Shown: positions 16,644 through 24,013, counted from the stretch's first letter. The stretch: 24,013 bases of DNA from Sedimentisphaerales bacterium (GCA_030630905.1 DAOVMB010000001.1:1-24013); one strand, 5' to 3'. Notes: generated by a model from the sequence alone, not told the origin. A program made the numbers and translations.

Positions 16644-18611
16644 ATGCAGATTGCTAAAGCTATTATACTTGTAGGAAATCGTGACTTCGGGCGGTGTCCG
16701 CTTGCATCACGTTTGCCTACGGCTTTGTGGCCGGTAGCGGGGATATCTGTATTGGAACGCCTGCTGAGCCATTTAGTCGATCAGGGTATAAAAGAGGCAG
16801 TTATATGCGGCAGTGGTGCAAGTTCGTTAGTGGACAAAATGAATATTACTGATAATCGTTTGGCGTTGAGTATTTTTGATGAAACATTGCCGATGGGTAC
16901 CGCAGGATGTATTCGTGAGGTTGCCGGCGATCAAACTGAAGAATTACTTCTGGTGTTTCCCGCCGGCATAGTGTGTCCCCCGAAAATCGATATGCTGATA
17001 AAAGCACACCGTGACGGTCAGTCTGATTTAACTGTAATGTTGAATCCATGTTGTCGAAGCAAGACAGATATGGGCGAGGCATCTGGAATTTATGTTTGTA
17101 ATCCGGGTATCTTGAAACATATTCCAAAGGCAGGTTATTTTGATATCAAAGAAGGCTTGATTCCTAAGATGCTCCATGCCGGAAGAACAGTTCATGCCGC
17201 AAAGTTGCCATATCATGCCGGGAATTTTCGGAATCGGCAAGAATATTTATGTGCTGTTTCCAGTTACCTTGAAAATGTTCCAAAAATGAATGCGGATTTT
17301 AAATCCCTTAATAGCACCGATTCCGAAAATGTGTGGTTGGCGGAAAATGCAAAGGTTGATCCTAAAGCAAGAATTGATGGGCCGGTTGTTATTCTGGACG
17401 GTGCAACAGTATCGAGCGGGGCGGTTGTTCTCGGACCGGCCATCCTTGGGAAAAATGCTGCTATTAATAAAGATAGCGTTGTAATAAATAGTGTGCTATG
17501 GGATGACGCAAAAGTGGGCTCAAATTGTCAAATCCAGAGATGTGTGGTCGATTATCATGGAGTAGTTCGAGATAATGCCGTTATGGAAGATAAATCTATA
17601 TCATTCGAACCCGAGGGAGTGTTAGGACGTGTGGTCGATCTCGCCTCAATGGTTGTGAAAAATAATGCGAGTAGATTGCAGCTCGTATTGCAACCGCTTG
17701 ACAAAATTTCCGAAAAATTTCCGAATTGGACATGGTTGAGCAGAAAGAATATTCTGACATTTCTGGCATTAGGTCTTGTCTGTATCGCGTTTCTTTGGTC
17801 TTACTGGCCCGGCCTTGTTGAGCTTTGGGAATTGTGGCAACAAAGCGATGAATATTCCTCCGGTCTTTTGGTTCCTTTTCTGGCTGTTTATATCCTTTGG
17901 TCAAGGCGTCGTGATATAGCCTGTTGTCCTGTCAAGCCATCTATCTGGGGTTTGTTTGCTTTCGCGGGGGCCCAGGCAGTCAGACTTTTCGGGCTTTTCT
18001 TAATGTACAGTTCTGCAGAAAGGCTATCCGTAGTCCTGAGTATTGCTGCTTTGATATTACTGTTATTTGGCTGGAAGTTTTTCCGAAAGATATCTCCAAT
18101 ATTATTGTTTCTGTGTTTGATGCTGCCCCTGCCGAACATCATCCAGTACCATGTCGGCTTGAATCTGCAGCGTTGGGCTACTTCATCGGCGGTCTTCTGC
18201 CTTGAGGTGATAGGATATGCAGTCACACAGGACGGCCATACCATTGATATGGGTAACGTTAGTGTTGCGGTGCTTGAAGCTTGCAACGGCTTGAGAATGA
18301 TCACCGCCTTTTTTGTCATCAGCGGACTGGTTGTTCTACTGGTACAACGAACCTGGTGGGAAAAACTGGTCATTCTGGTTTCAAGCCTGCCTATTGCCTT
18401 ATTGTGTAACACTGTTCGATTGGCAATTACAGCGGTGTTTTTCACTATTCTTGAAGGTGAGTATTGGGAACAAATATTCCATGACTTCGGTGGGTATGCG
18501 ATGATGCCATTGGCTCTTGCGGCGGTAGTTGGCGAGCTTTGGCTTTTGGCAAAACTCACGGTGCTTCCAACCGAAGAAAAAGCAATAATAATTACACGAC
18601 AGGGGGGGTGA
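16644..18611 (+). CDS. Fusion protein: degenerate sugar-nucleotidyltransferase + LbH domain fused to an exosortase (EpsH/8TM)
   Basis: Residues 1-~210 resemble an NTP transferase (AIILVG..., LWPVAG.SVLERLL, MGTAGCI, SGIYV, FDIKEGLIP). Residues ~225-320 are hexapeptide repeats. From ~370 the protein is an exosortase: W....EYSSGLLVP, V.EACNGLR (Cys547), NTVR (Arg592), FHDFGG (His613). The frame is uninterrupted. Confidence 0.88.
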   Translation: MQIAKAIILVGNRDFGRCPLASRLPTALWPVAGISVLERLLSHLVDQGIKEAVICGSGASSLVDKMNITDNRLALSIFDETLPMGTAGCIREVAGDQTEELLLVFPAGIVCPPKIDMLIKAHRDGQSDLTVMLNPCCRSKTDMGEASGIYVCNPGILKHIPKAGYFDIKEGLIPKMLHAGRTVHAAKLPYHAGNFRNRQEYLCAVSSYLENVPKMNADFKSLNSTDSENVWLAENAKVDPKARIDGPVVILDGATVSSGAVVLGPAILGKNAAINKDSVVINSVLWDDAKVGSNCQIQRCVVDYHGVVRDNAVMEDKSISFEPEGVLGRVVDLASMVVKNNASRLQLVLQPLDKISEKFPNWTWLSRKNILTFLALGLVCIAFLWSYWPGLVELWELWQQSDEYSSGLLVPFLAVYILWSRRRDIACCPVKPSIWGLFAFAGAQAVRLFGLFLMYSSAERLSVVLSIAALILLLFGWKFFRKISPILLFLCLMLPLPNIIQYHVGLNLQRWATSSAVFCLEVIGYAVTQDGHTIDMGNVSVAVLEACNGLRMITAFFVISGLVVLLVQRTWWEKLVILVSSLPIALLCNTVRLAITAVFFTILEGEYWEQIFHDFGGYAMMPLALAAVVGELWLLAKLTVLPTEEKAIIITRQGG

Positions 18612-18667
18612 AGAACCATTTGTGGCGGGCCTTTTTGTGAAAGATCGCAAAATGAAGCTCGGAACCT

Positions 18668-18681
18668 GATTAGAATCACAT
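18668..18681 (+). promoter_or_regulatory. Candidate regulatory motif GATTAGAATCACAT upstream of wzc
   Basis: 13/14 identical to 21045-21058. Contains a TCACA half-site like Crp/Fnr boxes. Function is inferred only. Confidence 0.3.
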
Positions 18682-18693
18682 ATCAATATTGTT

Positions 18694-18698
18694 AGGAG
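18694..18698 (+). promoter_or_regulatory. Shine-Dalgarno site (AGGAG) for wzc
   Basis: AGGAG ends 8 nt before ATG 18707. Confidence 0.7.
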
Positions 18699-18706
18699 TA
18701 ATAGAA

Positions 18707-21040
18707 ATGAACGAATTAGATAAAATTCAAGATCCGGTGGTCGGGCAAGAAATTGTTAATATGCAAATTCCACCTGAACAAAGTGAAGATGCTACGTCGG
18801 ATATGGTGGCCGGTATTCTTCGCCGCTGGTACATTGTATTACTGATATTCTTAATAGTGTGCGGAATAGGCTTGCCTGCGATATGGCTTACTGTTAAGCC
18901 TGTGTACAATATAACCGGCGCGATAAGAGTTGCCCCTATTTTAGCGGACATCCTGAGCGGCGAACAGGACAGAGGGGAAATATCGAATTATGAAAGCTTT
19001 ATGAATACTCAGGCAGAAAAGATCACCAGCAATGCGGTAGTGCAGAGAGTTGCAGACGATTTGGTCGATAAGAATCTGTCCTTCTTTGAAGATGAACCAA
19101 CCGATCTGATCTTAAAGTGGAAGCAGAAATTATTGGGCACAAAAACTAAAACAGAGCCGGCAATGAAGTTGAAACAGGCTATTGTTGATGATGGGATTAT
19201 TATTGTTGCTGCAAACCGTCGTAATGAACTGATAAAAATCAATATGGAGAGCACGAATATTGAGGAAGCAAAGCAGATTGTGGATTCCTTTATTCGGGCA
19301 TATATGGATATCGAAGTTGTTAGTTCGGATGAGGGCGAGAACCGAAAGCTTGCTATCCTGGAAAACAGGCGTGACTTTCTTTACGAAAGGGTCGAAAACG
19401 ACCGCCAGACGATCTACCAGTTGGGGCAGGAATATGGGACTGTTGCATTGGAAGGGCGACAGGACATGATGCTGCAGCGTGTTGCGAGTCTGCTGGACAC
19501 ACTTACAGGTGTCGAGGCTGAAAGAATTAGACTCGAAGCTCGAGTCCAATTACTTGAACGCACCAGAGAGCAGGCCATCCCGGCTGAGGAGTTGCTGAAG
19601 ATGAGGCGAGATTATATAAATGAAGATCCTGCAGTCGTGGCGTTCACGCAAAATATTACGCAATTAGAGCAAGAACTTATTGTTGCCAGGCAGACGTTGT
19701 CCCCTACGAATCCGGAACTTTTACGGAAAGTTGAACTATCGAGAATATTAAAGGAACATCTGGAGAATCGAAAACAAGAGGCCAGCAATGCTTTTGATAA
19801 TTTGGTGGCTAAGGAAGCTGCGGAGGCCGGCAACAAACAGCTTGTAACTGTACGTAGTGAACTGGAGCAAACGCGAGAGTATGAAAAACGTCTCCAGGAT
19901 ATACTATCTCAACAAGACACTCAAACTATTGGAGTCGGCCGTAAGCAACTGACAATTCAGGAATTGCAGGATAGATTGAACTCGACGAAAGAAGCGTATG
20001 ATGTCGTACTCAAGCGTATCCAGGATTTGGAATTGCAGCGAAAACGTCCGACAAGGATTTCCGCGCATTATAATGCCGACATTAGCTCTATTAACGATAA
20101 GCGGATAAAATATTCGATAGGCCTGGTATTTGTCTCGCTTGTTTGTGGTATGGGATTGGCATATCTTCGAGATAAGGCTGATCAGAGTTTACGGACACCT
20201 GATGACGTAGCGAAGCGTATCGGTATTCGAATAATCGGGACTACTACAAGCTTGGACACTGTCAAGCCGGCCCTTCTTCCGGAACAGATAGTCGGAGATT
20301 ACCAGACTATTCGTGCCAACTTGGGGCTTCTTGGCGACAAAGGAATACCTAAGAAACTGGTTGTTACCAGTCCGGGTATGAAGGAGGGCAAAACTACATT
20401 TGCCGTTAATCTGGCAACAAGTCTGTCTGAGTCGGGGAAAAAGGTTTTACTCATAGATGGCGACTTGAGAAAACCTGATGTTGCTCGCCTGTTGAATCTT
20501 CCCAAGGGTTCAAGGGGACTTCATGACGTTCTCTGCGGAGTAAAATTTGACCAGGCTGTTTTCTCTGTAATTTCAACGGGCCTGGATGTGCTTGCGGCTG
20601 ATTTTCATGATGCAGCGGATGCTTACGAGTTGTTAGCCTTGTCATCGACAGCTAAACGCATAAATATAATCAGCAAAAAGTACGATCATGTGATTATTGA
20701 TACTCCTCCCGCACTGGTTTTCCCTGATGCTCTTATGTGGGCTAAGATCGGAAACGCTGTTATTTTGGTCAGCTTTGCCGGCCATACGACTTTGCCTGAT
20801 CTCAAAGAAGCGAAGGAACGACTGGCGCAGACTAATGTCAAGGTGCTGGGGACCGTACTGAGCAGCGTTCAGGCTGAGCATAGTTATTACCGCCACGGTC
20901 ATAGTTATTATGCGCAAAGTGCGGAATCAAGGGATAGCGCCAGAGTCTCCAGGAGAAAACTGATGTTCTCAATGGAAGAGAGTCCGGATTATATAGACGA
21001 CTCAGAGGCTACTGAATCTGAAGAGCCAACTGAGGCTTAA
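18707..21040 (+). CDS. wzc: Wzc/GumC-type polysaccharide co-polymerase with BY-kinase domain
   Basis: Two TM segments flank a long coiled-coil periplasmic region. Walker A VTSPGMKEGKTT, A' VLLIDGDLRKP, B VIIDTPP, Tyr cluster SYYRHGHSYY. AGGAG RBS at 18694-18698 supports ATG 18707. Confidence 0.92.
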   Translation: MNELDKIQDPVVGQEIVNMQIPPEQSEDATSDMVAGILRRWYIVLLIFLIVCGIGLPAIWLTVKPVYNITGAIRVAPILADILSGEQDRGEISNYESFMNTQAEKITSNAVVQRVADDLVDKNLSFFEDEPTDLILKWKQKLLGTKTKTEPAMKLKQAIVDDGIIIVAANRRNELIKINMESTNIEEAKQIVDSFIRAYMDIEVVSSDEGENRKLAILENRRDFLYERVENDRQTIYQLGQEYGTVALEGRQDMMLQRVASLLDTLTGVEAERIRLEARVQLLERTREQAIPAEELLKMRRDYINEDPAVVAFTQNITQLEQELIVARQTLSPTNPELLRKVELSRILKEHLENRKQEASNAFDNLVAKEAAEAGNKQLVTVRSELEQTREYEKRLQDILSQQDTQTIGVGRKQLTIQELQDRLNSTKEAYDVVLKRIQDLELQRKRPTRISAHYNADISSINDKRIKYSIGLVFVSLVCGMGLAYLRDKADQSLRTPDDVAKRIGIRIIGTTTSLDTVKPALLPEQIVGDYQTIRANLGLLGDKGIPKKLVVTSPGMKEGKTTFAVNLATSLSESGKKVLLIDGDLRKPDVARLLNLPKGSRGLHDVLCGVKFDQAVFSVISTGLDVLAADFHDAADAYELLALSSTAKRINIISKKYDHVIIDTPPALVFPDALMWAKIGNAVILVSFAGHTTLPDLKEAKERLAQTNVKVLGTVLSSVQAEHSYYRHGHSYYAQSAESRDSARVSRRKLMFSMEESPDYIDDSEATESEEPTEA

Positions 21041-21044
21041 TTCA

Positions 21045-21058
21045 GATGAGAATCACAT
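21045..21058 (+). promoter_or_regulatory. Candidate regulatory motif GATGAGAATCACAT upstream of the priming-transferase fusion
   Basis: 13/14 identical to 18668-18681 and at a similar distance from the next start codon. Confidence 0.3.
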
Positions 21059-21079
21059 CGAATTAGTAAATGCTCATAA

Positions 21080-22813
21080 ATGTTGTTCCTTAACCTATCC
21101 ATGAACATGATTCTTATACACAGGAATTCTGCAGACAGCAGCGGCGAGAGTTTGCTTCGTTTTGCTCTGGCCAGCGAGCCTGTTGCCGGCGTTGTTTTCG
21201 ATGGATTGTGTAAGTATGGAGACATGAGGAGGGATTCTATATTACGGTTATCTGCAAAATGGAATTTCGATAAGACTTTTTATGCCATCCCGGAGGAATG
21301 GGAAATTGAACCTTTCGGATCCCGGCATCAAAATCAGATGCCGCGACAGTCTTTGTATGATGTAAAGCCGAATGTAATACGTTACAAAGATAATATACCT
21401 GTCCCCTTAGAGCTTGTGGCTGGAGCTAAACGAGAGGGTAGCTTAAACTCATGGTTCGTTGTGTCCAATGGGCGATTTGCCACGAACATCAACGCCGATT
21501 TCCTCGAAAGTGTGCTTGCCGGCGTCCAGGCAGACGTAGTGGCGGTCAATGCAGAACCCGGGCTGTTGGGACAACGCGAAAAAGTGCGATTGACAGCCGA
21601 AGGCAAGGTGGCGGGTTTCTGCCGGGCCTATTCGGATTCAGCCGAATTTACATTTGTTTCTACTGAGTGGCCTCATCATCTTTTTATTAAAACCGACGTT
21701 CTCGGTCGTGTATTGGTGGATGAAGCTTTGCCTTTATCTTTTTCCGCTCTTTCAGAAATATGCCGATCAAAAGAAATAATGTTGCGGGCGATTAACGTAG
21801 GTGGAAATGTGCTGGATTTGGAAACTGAAGATGGATTGCTGGGCTTATGTGAAACGAGGCTTTCGAATATCCAGAAATCTAAATTTGAACTTCAAGATTC
21901 GAATACAATATCCGATGATGCAAGACTAAAAGGGAAGGTGCTGTTAGGAAAGAATATTCACATCGGTCCGAAGGCCGTTGTTATTGGTCCGACCATTATC
22001 TGCAATGAAGCCAGGATTGAGCGGGGGGCTGTTATAAATTCATCAATAGTTGGTCCGAAAGTATGTGTGCCCAAGAATCAATTTGTGCAGAGCCGTACTA
22101 TCAAAGGGCCACAAATTAATTGGAATCGCCCGGTTCGACACAAAAGCAGGAGAAGCTTGTTGCAGGATTCTCATGGGCCGTTTCGCGCCTGGCCGGGAAT
22201 TTCCTATGCGCGATGCTTCAAACGAATTGCCGATTGTTTTGCCGCGGCAATAGTACTGATTCTGTTTGCTCCCGTGTTGATATTTGTTGCTCTGGCAATA
22301 AAATTAACTTCGCCGGGCCCGGTGTTTTATAAGGATCGACGTCAGGGGCTGCACGGCAAGCAGTTCAACTGTCTGAAATTCAGGACGATGATTATCGGGG
22401 CTGATAAGATACAGGAGATATTGCGAATCGTCAGCCAGGTGGATGGCCCGCAATTTAAGATAGCCAATGATCCTCGAATCAATACCGTAGGCTGGTTTCT
22501 GCGGGAAACATATATCGATGAGATACCCCAGTTCTTTAATGTTCTGTTTGGCCAGATGAGTATTGTCGGTCCGAGGCCCTCCCCTAAATCGGAGAATACG
22601 TTGTGCCCGTTATGGCGTGACGCCCGACTATCGGTTCGACCGGGAATTACGGGACTATGGCAGGTTTACAGGACACGCCAGCCAATGAAAGACTTTCAGG
22701 AATGGATACATTATGACGTCGAATATGTCAGGAATCTATCGCTGTGGATGGATTTAAGTATATGTTGGAAAACAGCAATGAAACTTTTAGGAAATTTCAT
22801 TAACCAATTCTAA
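21080..22813 (+). CDS. Fusion protein: degenerate nucleotidyltransferase-like + LbH domain fused to a priming phosphoglycosyl transferase (Bac_transf; WcaJ/PglC-like)
   Basis: C-terminal KRIAD...LILFAP...IKLTSPGPVFY...G..GK.F...KFRTM, IDEIPQ (Asp-Glu dyad), GQMSIVGPRP, RLSVRPGITGLWQV. LbH at ~21908-22108. N-terminal remnants: FVVSNGRF, RLTAEGKVAGF, VLDLETEDGL. Alternative starts at 21101 and 21107. Confidence 0.87.
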   Translation: MLFLNLSMNMILIHRNSADSSGESLLRFALASEPVAGVVFDGLCKYGDMRRDSILRLSAKWNFDKTFYAIPEEWEIEPFGSRHQNQMPRQSLYDVKPNVIRYKDNIPVPLELVAGAKREGSLNSWFVVSNGRFATNINADFLESVLAGVQADVVAVNAEPGLLGQREKVRLTAEGKVAGFCRAYSDSAEFTFVSTEWPHHLFIKTDVLGRVLVDEALPLSFSALSEICRSKEIMLRAINVGGNVLDLETEDGLLGLCETRLSNIQKSKFELQDSNTISDDARLKGKVLLGKNIHIGPKAVVIGPTIICNEARIERGAVINSSIVGPKVCVPKNQFVQSRTIKGPQINWNRPVRHKSRRSLLQDSHGPFRAWPGISYARCFKRIADCFAAAIVLILFAPVLIFVALAIKLTSPGPVFYKDRRQGLHGKQFNCLKFRTMIIGADKIQEILRIVSQVDGPQFKIANDPRINTVGWFLRETYIDEIPQFFNVLFGQMSIVGPRPSPKSENTLCPLWRDARLSVRPGITGLWQVYRTRQPMKDFQEWIHYDVEYVRNLSLWMDLSICWKTAMKLLGNFINQF

Positions 22814-22833
22814 CTTTTCGAAAGGGCGAGTAA

Positions 22834-24013
22834 ATGCCGGGAAGATACTTTAACTGGAAATTGGCAATTGTTTTGGTTATCAGCCTTATTGTTTTAGGCA
22901 TAAGCGCTTTTGGACTTCGCCAATGGCGCAGGACCAATAGAGCCGATCAGGGTCTTATCCTTGGCAATAAGGCATATAACGAGCATAGGTGGGAAGATGC
23001 GGCGGAACATCTGGGAAGTTATATTACTTTGGAACGAAATAACGTGTCTATATTGCTTAAATATGCTGACGCTCAGCTTAAAATCAGGCCTGCCAAACGT
23101 AACAGAATTCAACAAGCCATCGGAGCATATCGAACTATATTAAGAGTAGATAGAAATAATTCCGAAGCTGCTATGCAGCTTACTGAAATCTACCTGGGTA
23201 TAGGCAGTCCCGGCGAAGCGGAGCTAATTGCCAGAAGACAGCTTGAAACCAATCCGGATCCCGGTCTTCGGAGGATGTTGGCCCTTGCGATGGCTGGACA
23301 AAGAAAGTTCAAAGAAGCAGCAGCGGAATTAAAGAGCATTTTACAGGGACATCCTGAGCAGGTATTAGCATACGAAACATTAGGCCGACTTATAGAGCAG
23401 CGTCCGGGAGATTTTAAGGATGTGCCGTCCCATTGGTTCAATCAGGCCGTGGAGAAAAATCCGTCTTCTGCTTTGGCATATATAATACGAGCGGGTTTTT
23501 ATCGAAGAAGTGAAGACTTATCAAGTGCTTCATCTGACCTGGAACGAGCCGAAAAGCAGGATTTGTCTGATTCATCTGTCCGTTTGCGTCTTGCACAAGA
23601 ACTTATCAATTCAAATGCTCTCGACAAGGCAGAGGTGCATCTTGTTGCAGTGCAAGAAGCCTCGCCAACTGACAAGGATCTTTGGACAACATGGGCCGGG
23701 CTTGCATTGAAATCACGATCTAAAGAAAAAATGTTAAAAATAGCCGAAACAGGATTAAAAGAGCTTTCTTCTCAGCCATGGGATTTTATGCCCCTGGCCA
23801 CTGAGTTATTTATCCGTTCCGGTAAGCTCGAAGATGCTAATGACTGTATCTCTAAAATGTACGAAAAGGATGTTTCTTCGGCGTCAATTACATTCTTGCG
23901 AGGTCTTGTGGCTTCCGGGCAGGGAAATCTGCTTGGTGCGGTCAAATATTGGCGGCAGTCAATGGAATCAGGTAACAAATCCATACATGTCCGCCTGGCA
24001 TTGGCATCGGGGC
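22834..24013 (+). CDS. Membrane-anchored tetratricopeptide-repeat protein, 5' part (runs off the window)
   Basis: My translation from ATG 22834 is open to the window end: MPGRYFNWKLAIVLVISLIVLGISAFGLRQW (TM anchor), then helical repeats with TPR signatures (e.g. QAIGAYRTILRVDRNNSEA, KFKEAAAELKSILQGHPEQ, WFNQAVEKNPSSALAY). It is missing from the ORF track because it has no stop. Confidence 0.85.
   Translation, partial: MPGRYFNWKLAIVLVISLIVLGISAFGLRQWRRTNRADQGLILGNKAYNEHRWEDAAEHLGSYITLERNNVSILLKYADAQLKIRPAKRNRIQQAIGAYRTILRVDRNNSEAAMQLTEIYLGIGSPGEAELIARRQLETNPDPGLRRMLALAMAGQRKFKEAAAELKSILQGHPEQVLAYETLGRLIEQRPGDFKDVPSHWFNQAVEKNPSSALAYIIRAGFYRRSEDLSSASSDLERAEKQDLSDSSVRLRLAQELINSNALDKAEVHLVAVQEASPTDKDLWTTWAGLALKSRSKEKMLKIAETGLKELSSQPWDFMPLATELFIRSGKLEDANDCISKMYEKDVSSASITFLRGLVASGQGNLLGAVKYWRQSMESGNKSIHVRLALASG

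Larger units (their letters stand above)
1..24013 (+). other. Exosortase-associated exopolysaccharide/surface-glycan biosynthesis locus (partial on both sides)
   Basis: All supported genes are on + with short gaps. The block contains GTs, a priming transferase, Wzc, an exosortase, a TPR protein and many tailoring enzymes. Confidence 0.9.

Noticed and set aside
16644-17280. Calling the exosortase N-terminus an active mannose-1-phosphate guanylyltransferase (manC/mpg)
   Set aside because: The GGxGTR loop, the PK lysine and the Mg-binding Asp positions are all substituted.
17613-17651. Possible internal start (GAGGGAG, then in-frame GTG 17631 or ATG 17649) giving a stand-alone exosortase
   Set aside because: SD spacing is poor (11 or more nt, or 3 nt from AGGA) and no stop separates the domains. 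It cannot be excluded without proteomics, so it is kept only as a caveat.
18521-18530. ops/JUMPstart-like GGCGGTAG (also GGTGGTAG at 13663-13670)
   Set aside because: The first lies inside coding sequence (Ala-Val-Val) with an imperfect 3' end. The second overlaps an RBS. No RfaH/NusG paralogue is in the window.
18602-18608. G7 tract just before the exosortase stop as a phase-variation or fusion switch to wzc
   Set aside because: Both +1 and -1 slips stop within about 20 codons, before wzc, so neither makes a fusion or truncates the protein.
18620-18640. GGCGGGCC-TTTTT as an intrinsic terminator after the exosortase
   Set aside because: No stable stem with an adequate loop precedes the T-run.
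1-24013. tRNA/rRNA genes, CRISPR arrays, IS elements or integrases
   Set aside because: I saw no such repeats, structures or transposase/integrase motifs, and the intergenic gaps are too short to hold most of them.

Overview
This window is one co-directional (+ strand) block of about 20 tightly packed genes, an exosortase-linked extracellular-polysaccharide/surface-glycan locus at roughly mid-GC by eye. It has three parts. (1) Left, 1-7288: a partial NodB-like deacetylase, a GT2, a secreted protein of unrecognised family with an InlB-B/Flg_new-type repeat, a TuaH-like GT4, a PaaK/CapK-like adenylate-forming enzyme, a PssD/PssE (Alg14/Alg13-like) split glycosyltransferase and a hexapeptide acyltransferase. 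(2) Middle, 7379-16618: a tailoring cassette of ACP, AsnB-type amidotransferase, NadE-like enzyme with a large insertion, AMP-forming ligase, class III aminotransferase, WbuX/WbpG-like PP-loop enzyme, membrane-anchored SGNH-like protein and acyltransferase-3. (3) Right, 16644-24013: an exosortase, a Wzc/GumC co-polymerase-tyrosine kinase, a priming phosphoglycosyl transferase and a partial membrane-anchored TPR protein. The most striking observation is that both the exosortase and the priming transferase carry a large N-terminal, catalytically degenerate sugar-nucleotidyltransferase + left-handed beta-helix module. I do not recognise this as a described architecture. It suggests a pseudo-enzyme docking or sensing system coupling glycan initiation to protein C-terminal sorting. 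I found no RNA genes, CRISPR arrays or mobile elements. The architecture would fit a Planctomycetota (Phycisphaerae-like) or similar diderm host, but that is a weak inference. All family assignments come from motif recognition by eye, not database searches.
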